From IMG/VR virus record IMGVR_UViG_3300031555_004297: a DNA stretch of 64,000 nt, one strand, 5' to 3'. The stretch comes from a virus (Duplodnaviria; Caudoviricetes). Shown piece by piece: positions 19,548 to 29,674 of the stretch (the first letter of the stretch is position 1; each line of letters opens with the position of its first letter). The position numbers and the translations under genes are program-made. The notes under the pieces are model-generated. The model did no database searches, was not told where the DNA came from, and was given only the letters and a program-made list of their open reading frames with translations.

Positions 19548-20702
19548 ATGCCGATTATTTCTGTTAATCCAATCGATAAAAAGATCTATCGAGTGACCGT
19601 AACATTGGGTCACAATATGATGGAGAATATAGTAGTTTCCGATGATGGATTGTATAGTGTTTTCTATATCCAGAATGGCACTAGCCACAATCATACCGGG
19701 CGTATTCTGAATGTTATTCAGAATAATATGATGCCTCAGAACAGTTATATTTTATTTGACTGGTCTGCAGATAATCACAATCGTAGAGAAAGAATTTACT
19801 TCCATCAGATCCAGTACATTAAAGATGTAACTCCTAATGATGCATATAGAATTGCTGTACAGCATGGATTTGTTGGATCTGTTGAAGACTGGCTTGAATC
19901 CATGCGTGGTTACCCTGGAAAGAGTAACTACGAGATTGCTGTCGAGTGCGGTTACGAAGGAACACAGGCAGAATACATTGAAAGCTGTCGTGGAGCTCGT
20001 GGTTATAGTGCTTATGAGATTGCAGTAAGAAATGGCTTCCAAGGAACTGAAGAGGAGTGGCTAGCTTCTCTTACAGGCAAGGATGGTAAGTCCGCTTACG
20101 AGATTGCGGTTGAGCATGGATATGAAGGTACCGAAGAAGAGTGGATCAACGATATTATGGCAGGCGGAGGAAGCTCTGGAGGAACTGGAGCTGACGGTAA
20201 ATCCGCTTACGAGATTGCTTGTGATCATGGCTTTAAAGGAACTGAAGAAGAGTGGCTTGAATCCCTTAAGGGAGAACCTGGAGAGCCTGGTAGAGACGGT
20301 ACAATCGGTAAAGATGGTAAATCCGCATATCAGATTGCACTTGATCATGGTTTCGAGGGAGATGAGACTGCTTGGTTAAAATCTCTTTGCGGTAAGTCTG
20401 CATATGAGCTTGCTATTGAGCATGGATTTAAGGGATCTGAAGATGAATGGCTGGATTCTCTTAAAGGTGCAAATGGTAAGAGCGCATATGATATTGCTGT
20501 TGAACACGGTTTTGAAGGTGATGAAATTGCTTGGCTCGAGTCTCTTAGAGGTAAGGATGGTAAATCCGCATATGAGCTTGCTGTTGAGCATGGATTCGAA
20601 GGAACCATCGAGGAGTGGTTCGCTCAGAATGGCGATGTGACCATTGTCTACCAGGATGTAGAGGGCCTTAAGCAGGCATCTACTTGGACTGATGGCATGT
20701 AA
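19548..20702 (+). CDS. Repeat protein with GKSAYEIA-GFxGTEEEWLxSLxG units (fibre/collagen-associated type)
   Basis: Nine repeat units, short Gly-X-Y stretches, late promoter 19506-19517. Confidence 0.8.
   Translation: MPIISVNPIDKKIYRVTVTLGHNMMENIVVSDDGLYSVFYIQNGTSHNHTGRILNVIQNNMMPQNSYILFDWSADNHNRRERIYFHQIQYIKDVTPNDAYRIAVQHGFVGSVEDWLESMRGYPGKSNYEIAVECGYEGTQAEYIESCRGARGYSAYEIAVRNGFQGTEEEWLASLTGKDGKSAYEIAVEHGYEGTEEEWINDIMAGGGSSGGTGADGKSAYEIACDHGFKGTEEEWLESLKGEPGEPGRDGTIGKDGKSAYQIALDHGFEGDETAWLKSLCGKSAYELAIEHGFKGSEDEWLDSLKGANGKSAYDIAVEHGFEGDEIAWLESLRGKDGKSAYELAVEHGFEGTIEEWFAQNGDVTIVYQDVEGLKQASTWTDGM
19836..20625 (+). repeat. Nine intragenic repeats of about 25-29 aa
   Basis: GGTAAxTCxGCxTAxGAGATTGC-like units visible in DNA and protein. 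Confidence 0.85.
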
Positions 20703-20892
20703 TTAATATGGAATTAATAGTGGAATCTTTTTCTAGATTCCACTATTAAATTTTATATATTGTATCCTCAATATTCTCAGAGGAACAAATTCTAAAATCG
20801 AACAATTTAAATAAAGGTTTAATTCTTGGACTTTTCAGTCCGCATTCGGTTATGCCTTAAAAATCTTTTAAAAGAGGAGGGTATACTCTATC

Positions 20893-22863
20893 ATGATGTT
20901 TTGGCATATTGTAACCTCGAGTGTGTATCGTGCTGGAACTCCTACTGAAGGTGACATGTACTTCATTTCGGATACCAGAGAGATCTATCGTGGTTCGGAA
21001 TTGTTCACAGAGTCCGTAACTCTGTATGAGACGCTTCCTACTGTTTCAATTGCTATTAATCGTCTATACATTGATAAGAATACTCTTGAGGGCAAGATTT
21101 ACGATGGTTCTAAGTGGACCACCGTTATTAAGCCTGTAGAGACTACTTTCAATGCAGAGAGCGAGAATCCTGTCACTGCTAAGGCAATTGCTGGCTACGT
21201 TGCTGATCAGATTGCAAATGTTACCGGTTCTGGTGATGTTGTTACTGAGGTAACGTGGGATGAAGCTAATGCTATTCTTAGCGTTAAGAAGGGAAGCAGC
21301 GCTACTGAGACTATCGTATTTGATGGCCTTGGTGTAACGCTTACCTATGATGCTGCTACTGGTTCGCTCCAGTTGGCAGATGTTTCTGGCAATAAGATCG
21401 GCGATGCTATTAGCCTCGATCTCGAGCGCTTTGTAACTGCCGGTGAATATAATGCCGATACTCAGGAAATCATCCTGTACTTCGATGCCGACAAGACTGA
21501 GTCTGTTACGATTCCTGTTGGTGCACTTGTAGATACCTACACTGCCGAGTCCAGTACGACTCTCGATCTTACCGTTTCTGGCAACAAGTTTGTTGGTAAT
21601 GTAAAGATCTCTACTACTGAGGGCAACCTTATTACTGTCAATGAAGATGGTATTTATGTTGCTCCTATTGATATTTCTGGCAAGATGGATAAGGTTGCTG
21701 GAGCAGTTGAGGGCGATATCGCTGTTCTCGATGCTGATGGTAATGTTGTTGATTCTGGCAAGAAGTTCGAAGACCTCGTTCCTAATAATAAGGTTTACGA
21801 GGGCGCTACTCTTGATGAGGCTATTACTGGCGTAACTCCTATCAAGGGCGATGTTGCAATCGTTTCTTCTCCTATTGGCGAGACTGGTAAGGTTCAGAAG
21901 ACTGTTCACCAGTACGATGGTGAGAAGTGGAATGCTTTCGATTCTGACTATGATGCGAGCAAGGTATTCCTTTCTTCCGACTGGATTACCACTACGAAGA
22001 TTGGTCAGATCCAGACGCTTACTGGCGGTCAGGCTGTTGTTGCTCCTGCTGGTACTGATGTCGCTACTGCTCTCATGAAGCTCACCGCTAAAGAAGAGCA
22101 GCCTACCGTTTCTGATCCTGCTGTATCTTGGGCTAATAGCTCTGCTAGCGAATTCAAGGCATACGAGGTTGGTGAAATTGTTCCTATTTCCGTTACTGCA
22201 GCACTTTCTGCTGGTAGCTACAGCTACGGTAGAATCGATGCCGATGGTAAATATGAAACAGCTACTTCTGCTGGTATTGCAGCAACTGGCTATACCTTCA
22301 CCGATACTAATGGTGTAGAGCGTACTGGTAGCAATACTGCTGTATTCGATGATGTAGAGGTTACTGACGGAATCAACTACAAGGTTACTGCTTCTGTAAC
22401 TTACGATGGTTCTGCATATAAGCCTGCTACTAACTTCAAGAATCTCTCAACTAAGTCTACTATTGCAGCTGGTTCTAAGAGTGCTACGACCGGTGCTATT
22501 ACTGGATATCGTAACTGCTTCTATGGAACTCTCACCGAGAAGGATTCTGTTCTTACTTCGTCCATTATCCGTGGCCTGACTGCTACTGGTAAGGCCGTTG
22601 CTAAGGGAACTACTCTTAGTCTCTCTGTACCTGCTGGCATTATGAGAGCTATCGTCGCATATCCTGCAAGCGCTACTACTCTTACTGCTCTTAGCTCCGT
22701 TAAGGATGCTAATGACTCCAATGCTGAGATCTCGTCTTCGTTCGAGATGACTCAGATCGACGTTGAAGGTAAGAATGGATATACCGCTGTAGCATATAAG
22801 GTATTTGTCAAGACCTGGGCTTCTGGTAATGGTAAGGCAAACACCTATGCTATCACTATCTAA
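20893..22863 (+). CDS. Putative virion fibre/structural protein
   Basis: 656 aa, T/V/G/A-rich beta composition, highly-expressed-type codon bias, N-domain shared with 24617 ORF. Confidence 0.7.
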   Translation: MMFWHIVTSSVYRAGTPTEGDMYFISDTREIYRGSELFTESVTLYETLPTVSIAINRLYIDKNTLEGKIYDGSKWTTVIKPVETTFNAESENPVTAKAIAGYVADQIANVTGSGDVVTEVTWDEANAILSVKKGSSATETIVFDGLGVTLTYDAATGSLQLADVSGNKIGDAISLDLERFVTAGEYNADTQEIILYFDADKTESVTIPVGALVDTYTAESSTTLDLTVSGNKFVGNVKISTTEGNLITVNEDGIYVAPIDISGKMDKVAGAVEGDIAVLDADGNVVDSGKKFEDLVPNNKVYEGATLDEAITGVTPIKGDVAIVSSPIGETGKVQKTVHQYDGEKWNAFDSDYDASKVFLSSDWITTTKIGQIQTLTGGQAVVAPAGTDVATALMKLTAKEEQPTVSDPAVSWANSSASEFKAYEVGEIVPISVTAALSAGSYSYGRIDADGKYETATSAGIAATGYTFTDTNGVERTGSNTAVFDDVEVTDGINYKVTASVTYDGSAYKPATNFKNLSTKSTIAAGSKSATTGAITGYRNCFYGTLTEKDSVLTSSIIRGLTATGKAVAKGTTLSLSVPAGIMRAIVAYPASATTLTALSSVKDANDSNAEISSSFEMTQIDVEGKNGYTAVAYKVFVKTWASGNGKANTYAITI

Positions 22864-22881
22864 GAAAGGAGGTAGAATGTA

Positions 22882-24477
22882 ATGGCTGGATATAGTTATG
22901 AAATGATTACAAACATTTTGGGCAGAGCTGTTGCTTTTATGCCCGAGACCGCATTCCCGCTTGATGCGAGAGTTTACTTTGGTTCGTATACTGAGGCAGC
23001 TGCAGCCGCTAAGAGTGCTAAGCCTGCTGGTTCTAACGAATCCATCTACTTCTATGGTCAGCAGATCTATGTTGTAGAAAATGATGTTGTTACGACCTAC
23101 CTTATTCAGGTAGATGGTAGCCTTAAGGAGGTAGGATCTGCTACTCTTGGCGATGAGAAGACTATTTCTCTTGGTGAAGATGGCGTTCTTAGCCTTAAGA
23201 ATTTCGGTAAGCAGTACTATGCTTACGTACCTGCAGATGTTATCATCGAGGGTACTTACACAACTGCTGATGAGCTTCCTACTGAGGGAGTTAATGCTGG
23301 AGAGTATGCTAAGGTTGGCGATGCTTACTATCTTTATAATGGAGAGGCATGGGCTGTTGCTACAACGGCTCCTAAGACCCAGGCCGAGCATGTTCTCACT
23401 GAAGGCTGGCAGACTGGACTTGAGCCCAAGGTTGTAGCTGCCGCTTCTGGCGATGGCTATGAGCTTGCATGGTATGAGCCTTCTTCGACTACTGTCGAGG
23501 GACTTAACTCTATCGTTGCTGGCGTTCAGACAAGTGTTTCTAACCTTGCTGATGCCGTTGCTGCAAATAAGACTGCTGCTGAGCAGGATGTAGCTGATGA
23601 AGCTGCTGCTCGCGAGGCTGCTGATTCTGAGCTTAATACCAAGATCGCTGGTAATACTGCAGCTATCAATAAGCTTAATGGCGGTGCTGAGAATGAGGGT
23701 TCGGTGCTTCATACTGTTAACACTGTTCTTGCACAGCTTGTTGGTGATGGTTCTCAGGAGACTATTGACTCTCTTACTGAGCTCGTAGAGTGGGCTAACT
23801 CTCACTCCACTGAGGTTGTTGAGATGAGCAATGATATCGAGCAGAATAAGGTAGATATCTCTGCCCTTGAGACTCTGCTTGGTACTCTTCCCGAGGGTGT
23901 AACTGCAACTACTGTTGTAGCATACATTGCCGAGGCTGTTAAGGCTGAAGAGACTCGTGCTCTTGCAGCTGAGAAGGCCCTTAGCGATCGTCTTGATACT
24001 GCTGAGGCTACTCTTAATGGTCTTGGAACTGCTGCACAGGCAGATGCTGATGACTTTGCAACTGCTGAGCAGGGTGCTAAGGCAGATACTGCAGTACAGA
24101 GTGTTGTATCTAGCGACAATGGTTATGTTGCTGTAGATAATGACAAGGTTAAAGTATACGAGCTTCCTGCTGCTAAAGTTAATCAGCTTGGTGGTATCAC
24201 TCCCGATGGTGCTTCTATCGTTACTGATGATAACGGTGTTGCTTCTGTATCGGCTGTTGATTCCTCTAAGGTTACTGGCCTTGATGCTAAGCTTGAGGCT
24301 ACCCAGAATGCTGCCGAGGCTGCTGCTCAGGAGTACACTGATGAGAATGCTGTTGCTAAGAGCTCCGTAGTTGCTACGGCTGCCGAGGCTGCTGCTTCTG
24401 TCGATGAAGCTTCTGCTGAAAAGGTTGCATCTGAGAAGCTTATTCTCGAGCTCTTTACTTGGAAGACCGAGATGTAA
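22882..24477 (+). CDS. Putative fibre protein with coiled coil
   Basis: 531 aa; FPLDAR N-domain, IDSLTELVEWAN motif, ATAEQGAKADTAVQ motif. Confidence 0.7.
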   Translation: MAGYSYEMITNILGRAVAFMPETAFPLDARVYFGSYTEAAAAAKSAKPAGSNESIYFYGQQIYVVENDVVTTYLIQVDGSLKEVGSATLGDEKTISLGEDGVLSLKNFGKQYYAYVPADVIIEGTYTTADELPTEGVNAGEYAKVGDAYYLYNGEAWAVATTAPKTQAEHVLTEGWQTGLEPKVVAAASGDGYELAWYEPSSTTVEGLNSIVAGVQTSVSNLADAVAANKTAAEQDVADEAAAREAADSELNTKIAGNTAAINKLNGGAENEGSVLHTVNTVLAQLVGDGSQETIDSLTELVEWANSHSTEVVEMSNDIEQNKVDISALETLLGTLPEGVTATTVVAYIAEAVKAEETRALAAEKALSDRLDTAEATLNGLGTAAQADADDFATAEQGAKADTAVQSVVSSDNGYVAVDNDKVKVYELPAAKVNQLGGITPDGASIVTDDNGVASVSAVDSSKVTGLDAKLEATQNAAEAAAQEYTDENAVAKSSVVATAAEAAASVDEASAEKVASEKLILELFTWKTEM

Positions 24478-24616
24478 TATATGTGGCCCGAGAGAATATT
24501 ATTTCTCTCGGGCTTTACTAACAAATTCGCTCGCCCTCTTTTGGGTGATTTAAAACATAATAATAAACTATTTAAATCATTTAAGTAGAATTTATTTCTC
24601 AGGAGGAATAATTAAT

Positions 24617-26323
24617 ATGCTTTCATGGTATGTCTTGACAAGCAGTGCATTTAAGACTGCTGTCGAAGCTAATAAGGTCACCAGCGATATGATGATCTTT
24701 ACTAGCGATACTCACGAAATTTATCGTGGAACTCAGGCGTACACCGAGTCTACCGTTCTCTTTACTGGTACTAACGGTGCACATCCTACTCAGACTGCCG
24801 CTGTAGGCAAGTTGTACATTAACTCTGCTACTCTCGAGGGTTGGGTATACAATGGTACTTCTTGGACTCAGGTAATTAAGGCAGTCGCTACTACTGTTAA
24901 TGCTTCTGATACAACTCAGGCTGTTTCTGGTAAGGCTGTTGCCGATTACGTTGCAACCGAGGTTGGAAAGGCTCAGAGTAATGTAACGGAGCTTGAGAAG
25001 ACTGTTGCTGCAAATAAGACTGCTGCTGAGCAGGCAGTTGCTGCTGAGGCTACTGCTCGTGAGGCCGCAGATGGAACTCTTCAGGGTAATATCGATACTC
25101 TCTCTGGTACTGTAACTGCTAATAAGACGGCTGCAGATACTGGTATTCAGGAAGCTAAGGATGCGGCTGCAGCTGCTAAGACTGCTGCAGATGAGGCTCA
25201 GGCTGATGCTGATAAGAATGCCGAAGATATTGCTGCTATTAATACCACTCTTGCATCTGTTGCAACTGATGGCGAGCTTAATGCTGCAAAGCAGGATCTT
25301 CAGGCTAAGATCGATGCTGTTGATGGCAAGGCTGATGCAAATGCTGCAGCTATTGAGCTTCTTAACGGTGCCGCTGAGACTGAAGGATCCGTTCTTTACA
25401 TGATCAATGATGTTCTTGTTGATCTTGTTGGTGATGGTTCTCAGGCTACTATCGACTCTCTTACTGAGCTTGTAAACTGGGCAAATGAGCATGCTTCTGA
25501 TGTTATCGAGATGAATAATAGCATCTCTGCTAACACTAGCGGTGTTGCTGCAAATGCTAGCGCTATCGATGCTCTCGAGGCTCTTGTAGGCACGCTTCCT
25601 AGTGGAACTTCCGCTACGACTGTATGTCTCTACATTGCAGAGGTTGCTGCTGATCTTGCTGAAGAGGTAACTGCTCGCACTAACGGCGATGCTGCTCTTG
25701 CAGAAGATATCAGCGAGCTTAACACTGCTGTAACTAACCTTACCACGACAGTTGGTAATAATAAGACTGCTCTTGAGCAGGCTGATGCACAGCTTCGTGA
25801 GGATCTTACTGCTCTTCAGGGCACTGTTAACACTCTGAGCCAGACTGTTGCTGCAAATAAGACTGCTGCTGAGCAGGCAGTTGCTGCTGAGGCTACTGCT
25901 CGCGGCGAGGCTATTGCTGCAGTTCAGGAAGATGTAGATGCTAATGCTGATGCTATTGCTCTCATTAATGAGAACCTTGGTTCTTATGCTACTGATGAAG
26001 AGGTTGGCGCTATTAGAACTGCTCTTGAAGGACTTATCTCTGCTAAGATGGCTAAGGTTGGTACTGGCAAGACTGGTGAAGTTATCGTAGCTGATGCTAA
26101 CGGTGATGCTAGTGCTTCTGGCAAGAAGATTGGTGGATCTACCTTCGGTTCCAACCAGACTGATACTCTTGCTACTGAGGCTGGCGTTGTTGCATATGTT
26201 GGTGCTAATGCTGTTGCTAAGACTGCAGTCGTTACTACTCTTGATGCTGACGCTCCCAGTGATGCTGAGGTTCCCTCTGAGTCTGCTGTTGTTGCAGCTC
26301 TTACTTGGAAGACCTCTATCTAA
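24617..26323 (+). CDS. Putative fibre protein with long Ala-rich coiled coil
   Basis: 568 aa; mosaic of modules of the two upstream genes; late promoter 24554-24565. Confidence 0.7.
   Translation: MLSWYVLTSSAFKTAVEANKVTSDMMIFTSDTHEIYRGTQAYTESTVLFTGTNGAHPTQTAAVGKLYINSATLEGWVYNGTSWTQVIKAVATTVNASDTTQAVSGKAVADYVATEVGKAQSNVTELEKTVAANKTAAEQAVAAEATAREAADGTLQGNIDTLSGTVTANKTAADTGIQEAKDAAAAAKTAADEAQADADKNAEDIAAINTTLASVATDGELNAAKQDLQAKIDAVDGKADANAAAIELLNGAAETEGSVLYMINDVLVDLVGDGSQATIDSLTELVNWANEHASDVIEMNNSISANTSGVAANASAIDALEALVGTLPSGTSATTVCLYIAEVAADLAEEVTARTNGDAALAEDISELNTAVTNLTTTVGNNKTALEQADAQLREDLTALQGTVNTLSQTVAANKTAAEQAVAAEATARGEAIAAVQEDVDANADAIALINENLGSYATDEEVGAIRTALEGLISAKMAKVGTGKTGEVIVADANGDASASGKKIGGSTFGSNQTDTLATEAGVVAYVGANAVAKTAVVTTLDADAPSDAEVPSESAVVAALTWKTSI
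24999..25902 (+). repeat. Exact 61-bp direct repeat (24999-25059 and 25842-25902); 31 bp also at 23557-23587
   Basis: AGACTGTTGCTGCAAATAAGACTGCTGCTGAGCAGGCAGTTGCTGCTGAGGCTACTGCTCG. Confidence 0.9.
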
Positions 26324-26404
26324 GCTGATTTATAAGAAGGGACTCACTAGAGTCCCTTCTTTTTTCTAATTCAATTCACATTATATTAATAAATCCTATG
26401 TGAG

Positions 26405-26908
26405 GTGAATATTATGGCAAAAATTATTCAATATTATGATTTGCCTGAAGCACTGATTGCTCAGCAACCATTTACCGCTGGAGCTCTCTATGTGTCTAAT
26501 GATACAGGCAAAATGTATTTTGACTCCGTTGATAGTAATTCCCGAGTAGATGTAGCTAATGATGTAATGCCTGTTGCAACTGAGGCTGCTAGAACTGCTC
26601 TCTTGGCACCTATCCCCGGAAGACTTTATTGTGTTCTTGAGTCTGGCTGTATCTATCTTTATATCGATGGAGACTGGGCTAAACTTGGAAATAGACCTCA
26701 GATTCATTTCGAAAACGTAGTTGTAACTAAGGACGTTGCTCTTGTTCTTACGGATAACAGAATCCTTGCTACAGATACTGCCGTTTTCGTACCCGATCTA
26801 AGTGTAGCAGATCTTGTTACTACAAGTACTTGTACTTGTGCTGCTGGAAAAGTAACCGTAAATGTAACTGCAAATTACGATATCCCTGGACGTGTAATTG
26901 TCAATTGA
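26405..26908 (+). CDS. Hypothetical virion-associated protein
   Basis: 167 aa; GALYVSNDTGKMYFD and GRLYCVLESGCIYLY..GDW resemble the fibre N-domain motifs. Confidence 0.7.
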   Translation: MNIMAKIIQYYDLPEALIAQQPFTAGALYVSNDTGKMYFDSVDSNSRVDVANDVMPVATEAARTALLAPIPGRLYCVLESGCIYLYIDGDWAKLGNRPQIHFENVVVTKDVALVLTDNRILATDTAVFVPDLSVADLVTTSTCTCAAGKVTVNVTANYDIPGRVIVN

Positions 26909-26935
26909 TTACATAGGAAAGGAGGTGTGTGATCT

Positions 26936-27670
26936 GTGGCTTACAATGTACCAAAGTTCTTAAGACGTGATGGAGACGCGTTGTTATTCAACCAGGAAGG
27001 ACAATTTGTCTTTTATGTTCCAGAACTTTATTTTGATAGAGGCGATGCACAAATAAAGGGAGAGTACATTAATCTCATTGGAATCATGGATTACACCATC
27101 TATAATAAAGACGGTAGTAATATCGGATTAAAAAGATTTAACTTTCCTACAGTGTTCTTGAGCAAGCCTTCTAGGATAGAGAAGTCTAAAAATTTGCGTT
27201 TAAAGAAGTCTGTAGAACCTCAAGACTATAGATTGCTAATTTATGAAAAAGATGATGCAATTGTTGTATCTGTAAAGGTTCCACAGAATATTGCAAATGT
27301 TGAAGATTTCTATAGAATCTTCTTAACGGGAAAACTTCCCACAACCATTCCTTATGATAAGCTTCAGAATTATTTCGTAGATGCTATGGAATTGAATGGC
27401 TCTTCTTATGGCATGAGTCTCCAGATGTTTGGGGTTGTAATCAGCGAGATGTGCAGAGATCAGAATAATATGGCTAAAGCATTTCGTCACACTGACTTCA
27501 AAGATCAGATGGAGTATCGTGCTATTAGTATTAAGGATCTTCCTAAATATATTTCTCCTAGCGCTTCGATCGGTAGCGAGAACTGGGATTTGGGTGTAGT
27601 TGGGGCAATTATGAACCCAACAAATACAAATTCACCAATGGAAAAACTCTTAATGGGCAACTCTGACTGA
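26936..27670 (+). CDS. Probable virion RNAP subunit corresponding to the extreme C-terminus of beta-prime
   Basis: LNGSSYGMSLQMFGVVISEMCR resembles QGVxIxxKHIEVIVRQM; SPSASIGSEN...SPMEKLLMG resembles SFISAASFQE...GLKENVIVG. Confidence 0.6.
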   Translation: MAYNVPKFLRRDGDALLFNQEGQFVFYVPELYFDRGDAQIKGEYINLIGIMDYTIYNKDGSNIGLKRFNFPTVFLSKPSRIEKSKNLRLKKSVEPQDYRLLIYEKDDAIVVSVKVPQNIANVEDFYRIFLTGKLPTTIPYDKLQNYFVDAMELNGSSYGMSLQMFGVVISEMCRDQNNMAKAFRHTDFKDQMEYRAISIKDLPKYISPSASIGSENWDLGVVGAIMNPTNTNSPMEKLLMGNSD

Positions 27671-27762
27671 TTGCCCCCAGATAACATAGAATTAAAAGTT
27701 ATAATGCTCCCTTACTTGGCATTAGAGCCTTTATTCAACAAATTTAAAAGGAGGAAACATAA

Positions 27763-29652
27763 ATGTATCCTGGTGTCATTATTGAATATGATGATCAAAG
27801 TCTAATTCAGCAAATTGAGCCTGCGGTTACTACGGTTCAGAATGTTCCGCTCTTTGCAGCTGTGTTCACTTCTGATAAGGGTACTGAGGAATGGACTCGT
27901 ATTTCTGGTAGACAGTTCTTCAATATGTATGGTGAAAACATCTCATTTAATCGTCATGGCCAGCCTCTTCTTCAGGCAGCTATGTCGATCCAGGCCGGCG
28001 CAGAACTCCTCTGTAAGAGACTTGTTGCTGACGATGCAACCTTGGCAATTGCTGCTGTTGTTGCAAAGATTGGCACGAAAGACGTAACTACTCAGAAGGT
28101 AGACGCCGATGGAAATGCTCTGTATGCAGATGCTGATGGAAATGAAACTACTGAGGCTACTGCAGCTGATGGAACCGATAATACTCCTATTACGGTTGTT
28201 GAGGCTGTTCCTAGCATTACTTATAGCTTCAAGATCCTTACCGATACAGACAGCTATTACTCCGCAGATGATGCTTATGCTGCAATCAAGGAGACCCTTG
28301 GTGAAGGCGAACATCTGCTTTATGTCATTGCCGATAACGGTCGTGGCGCAAGTAAGAAGAGAATTAAGATCGTTCCCAACTACAAGCTTTCCAAGAATGC
28401 TGATTATGCTATCTATACACTCAGCGTTATCGAGAATGCTACTGAGGTTGAGTCTATCTCCTTCTCGTTTAACCCCAACATCGTTTCGAACGGTGTAAAT
28501 ATTTCCCTTAAGAGCATGGTAAATGCTAACTCTACTCAGATCTCTTGTGCTGCTAATGATGCAGATCTCGATATCTTTGTAGATACCATTGCTAAGGCTC
28601 TTAAGATCGATCCTACGGTCGCATACACATATGACCTTCTCTTTGGTTGCACTCCTAAGGGAGCAGCAATCGCTGGTCTTACTGTAGATGGCAGCGTTCT
28701 TCAGAACTCTGCAGGTCAGCCTCTTCAGGGTGGTTCGAATGGCACATTCGGTGATTACCCAGTTAAGAATGAGGCCGAGTGGTCCAAGCAGGCTATTGCA
28801 GCATTCGATGGTTCTTTTGATAGCGTTATTTTCAATGTTGATCAGTATAAGATCCATGCTGTAATTGATGCTAACTATCCCGCAAAGGTTAAGAGAGCTA
28901 TTGAGACTCTCGCTACCTTCCGTGAGGACTTTATGTACTTCCGTGATATGGGTCTTGGAAAGACTAGCATCGATCTTATCGATAAGGCTACTCTTGATGA
29001 AACCAAGAACATGTTCTGCGCATCCTATTGCCAGAGCTACGATGTATATGATCCTTATACGAAGCGTCAGATCCCTGTAACTATCGGTTACGATCTTGCA
29101 CAGCTTCTCGTTAAGCATCTTGATAATGGCGCTATTCTTCCTACCGCTGGTATGAAGCATGGTATGGTTATCAATAATGCTATTTACGGTACGCTTTCCT
29201 TCGCTCCCACGATCTGTCCTGATCCTGAGGGCAACCAGAAGGAGCAGCTCGAGGATATGCGTGTTAACTTTGCTTCCTACATTGACAATAGACTTGTTAT
29301 TGAGACTCTCTATACTTCTCAGGAGAAGCATACTCAGTGGTCTTATGTAAACAACGTTATGGGTGTTCAGGAAGTTATTAGAGCTATCCGTACTCGTTGT
29401 CCTTCTATCCGCTATAACTTCATCGATGGTACTGACCTCGAGAAGTATAAGCTCGATGTTGAGGACATTATCGCTCCTTACAAGTCGAACTTCAAGACGC
29501 TTGAGCTTGTCTATGCAACTGACTCCACTTATGCAGCTAACAAGATCTTCTATGCAGTCCTTAAGGTTGTATACAAAGATTTCGTTCAGACTGAGTGGTT
29601 CAAAGTCACTGCTATCCAGGATCCTACGGCAGTCACTGGTTCGACCAACTAA
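27763..29652 (+). CDS. Contractile tail sheath protein
   Basis: MYPGVIIEYDDQS N-terminus, F..MYG, L.GGSNG, sheath-like C-terminal domain; late promoter 27683-27694. Confidence 0.85.
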   Translation: MYPGVIIEYDDQSLIQQIEPAVTTVQNVPLFAAVFTSDKGTEEWTRISGRQFFNMYGENISFNRHGQPLLQAAMSIQAGAELLCKRLVADDATLAIAAVVAKIGTKDVTTQKVDADGNALYADADGNETTEATAADGTDNTPITVVEAVPSITYSFKILTDTDSYYSADDAYAAIKETLGEGEHLLYVIADNGRGASKKRIKIVPNYKLSKNADYAIYTLSVIENATEVESISFSFNPNIVSNGVNISLKSMVNANSTQISCAANDADLDIFVDTIAKALKIDPTVAYTYDLLFGCTPKGAAIAGLTVDGSVLQNSAGQPLQGGSNGTFGDYPVKNEAEWSKQAIAAFDGSFDSVIFNVDQYKIHAVIDANYPAKVKRAIETLATFREDFMYFRDMGLGKTSIDLIDKATLDETKNMFCASYCQSYDVYDPYTKRQIPVTIGYDLAQLLVKHLDNGAILPTAGMKHGMVINNAIYGTLSFAPTICPDPEGNQKEQLEDMRVNFASYIDNRLVIETLYTSQEKHTQWSYVNNVMGVQEVIRAIRTRCPSIRYNFIDGTDLEKYKLDVEDIIAPYKSNFKTLELVYATDSTYAANKIFYAVLKVVYKDFVQTEWFKVTAIQDPTAVTGSTN

Positions 29653-29674
29653 TCTATAGAAAGGAGATTTAACG

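Noticed and set aside
19548-26908. Diversity-generating retroelement template/variable repeats
   Set aside because: Repeats are exact or differ at synonymous sites rather than at adenines; no reverse transcriptase in the window
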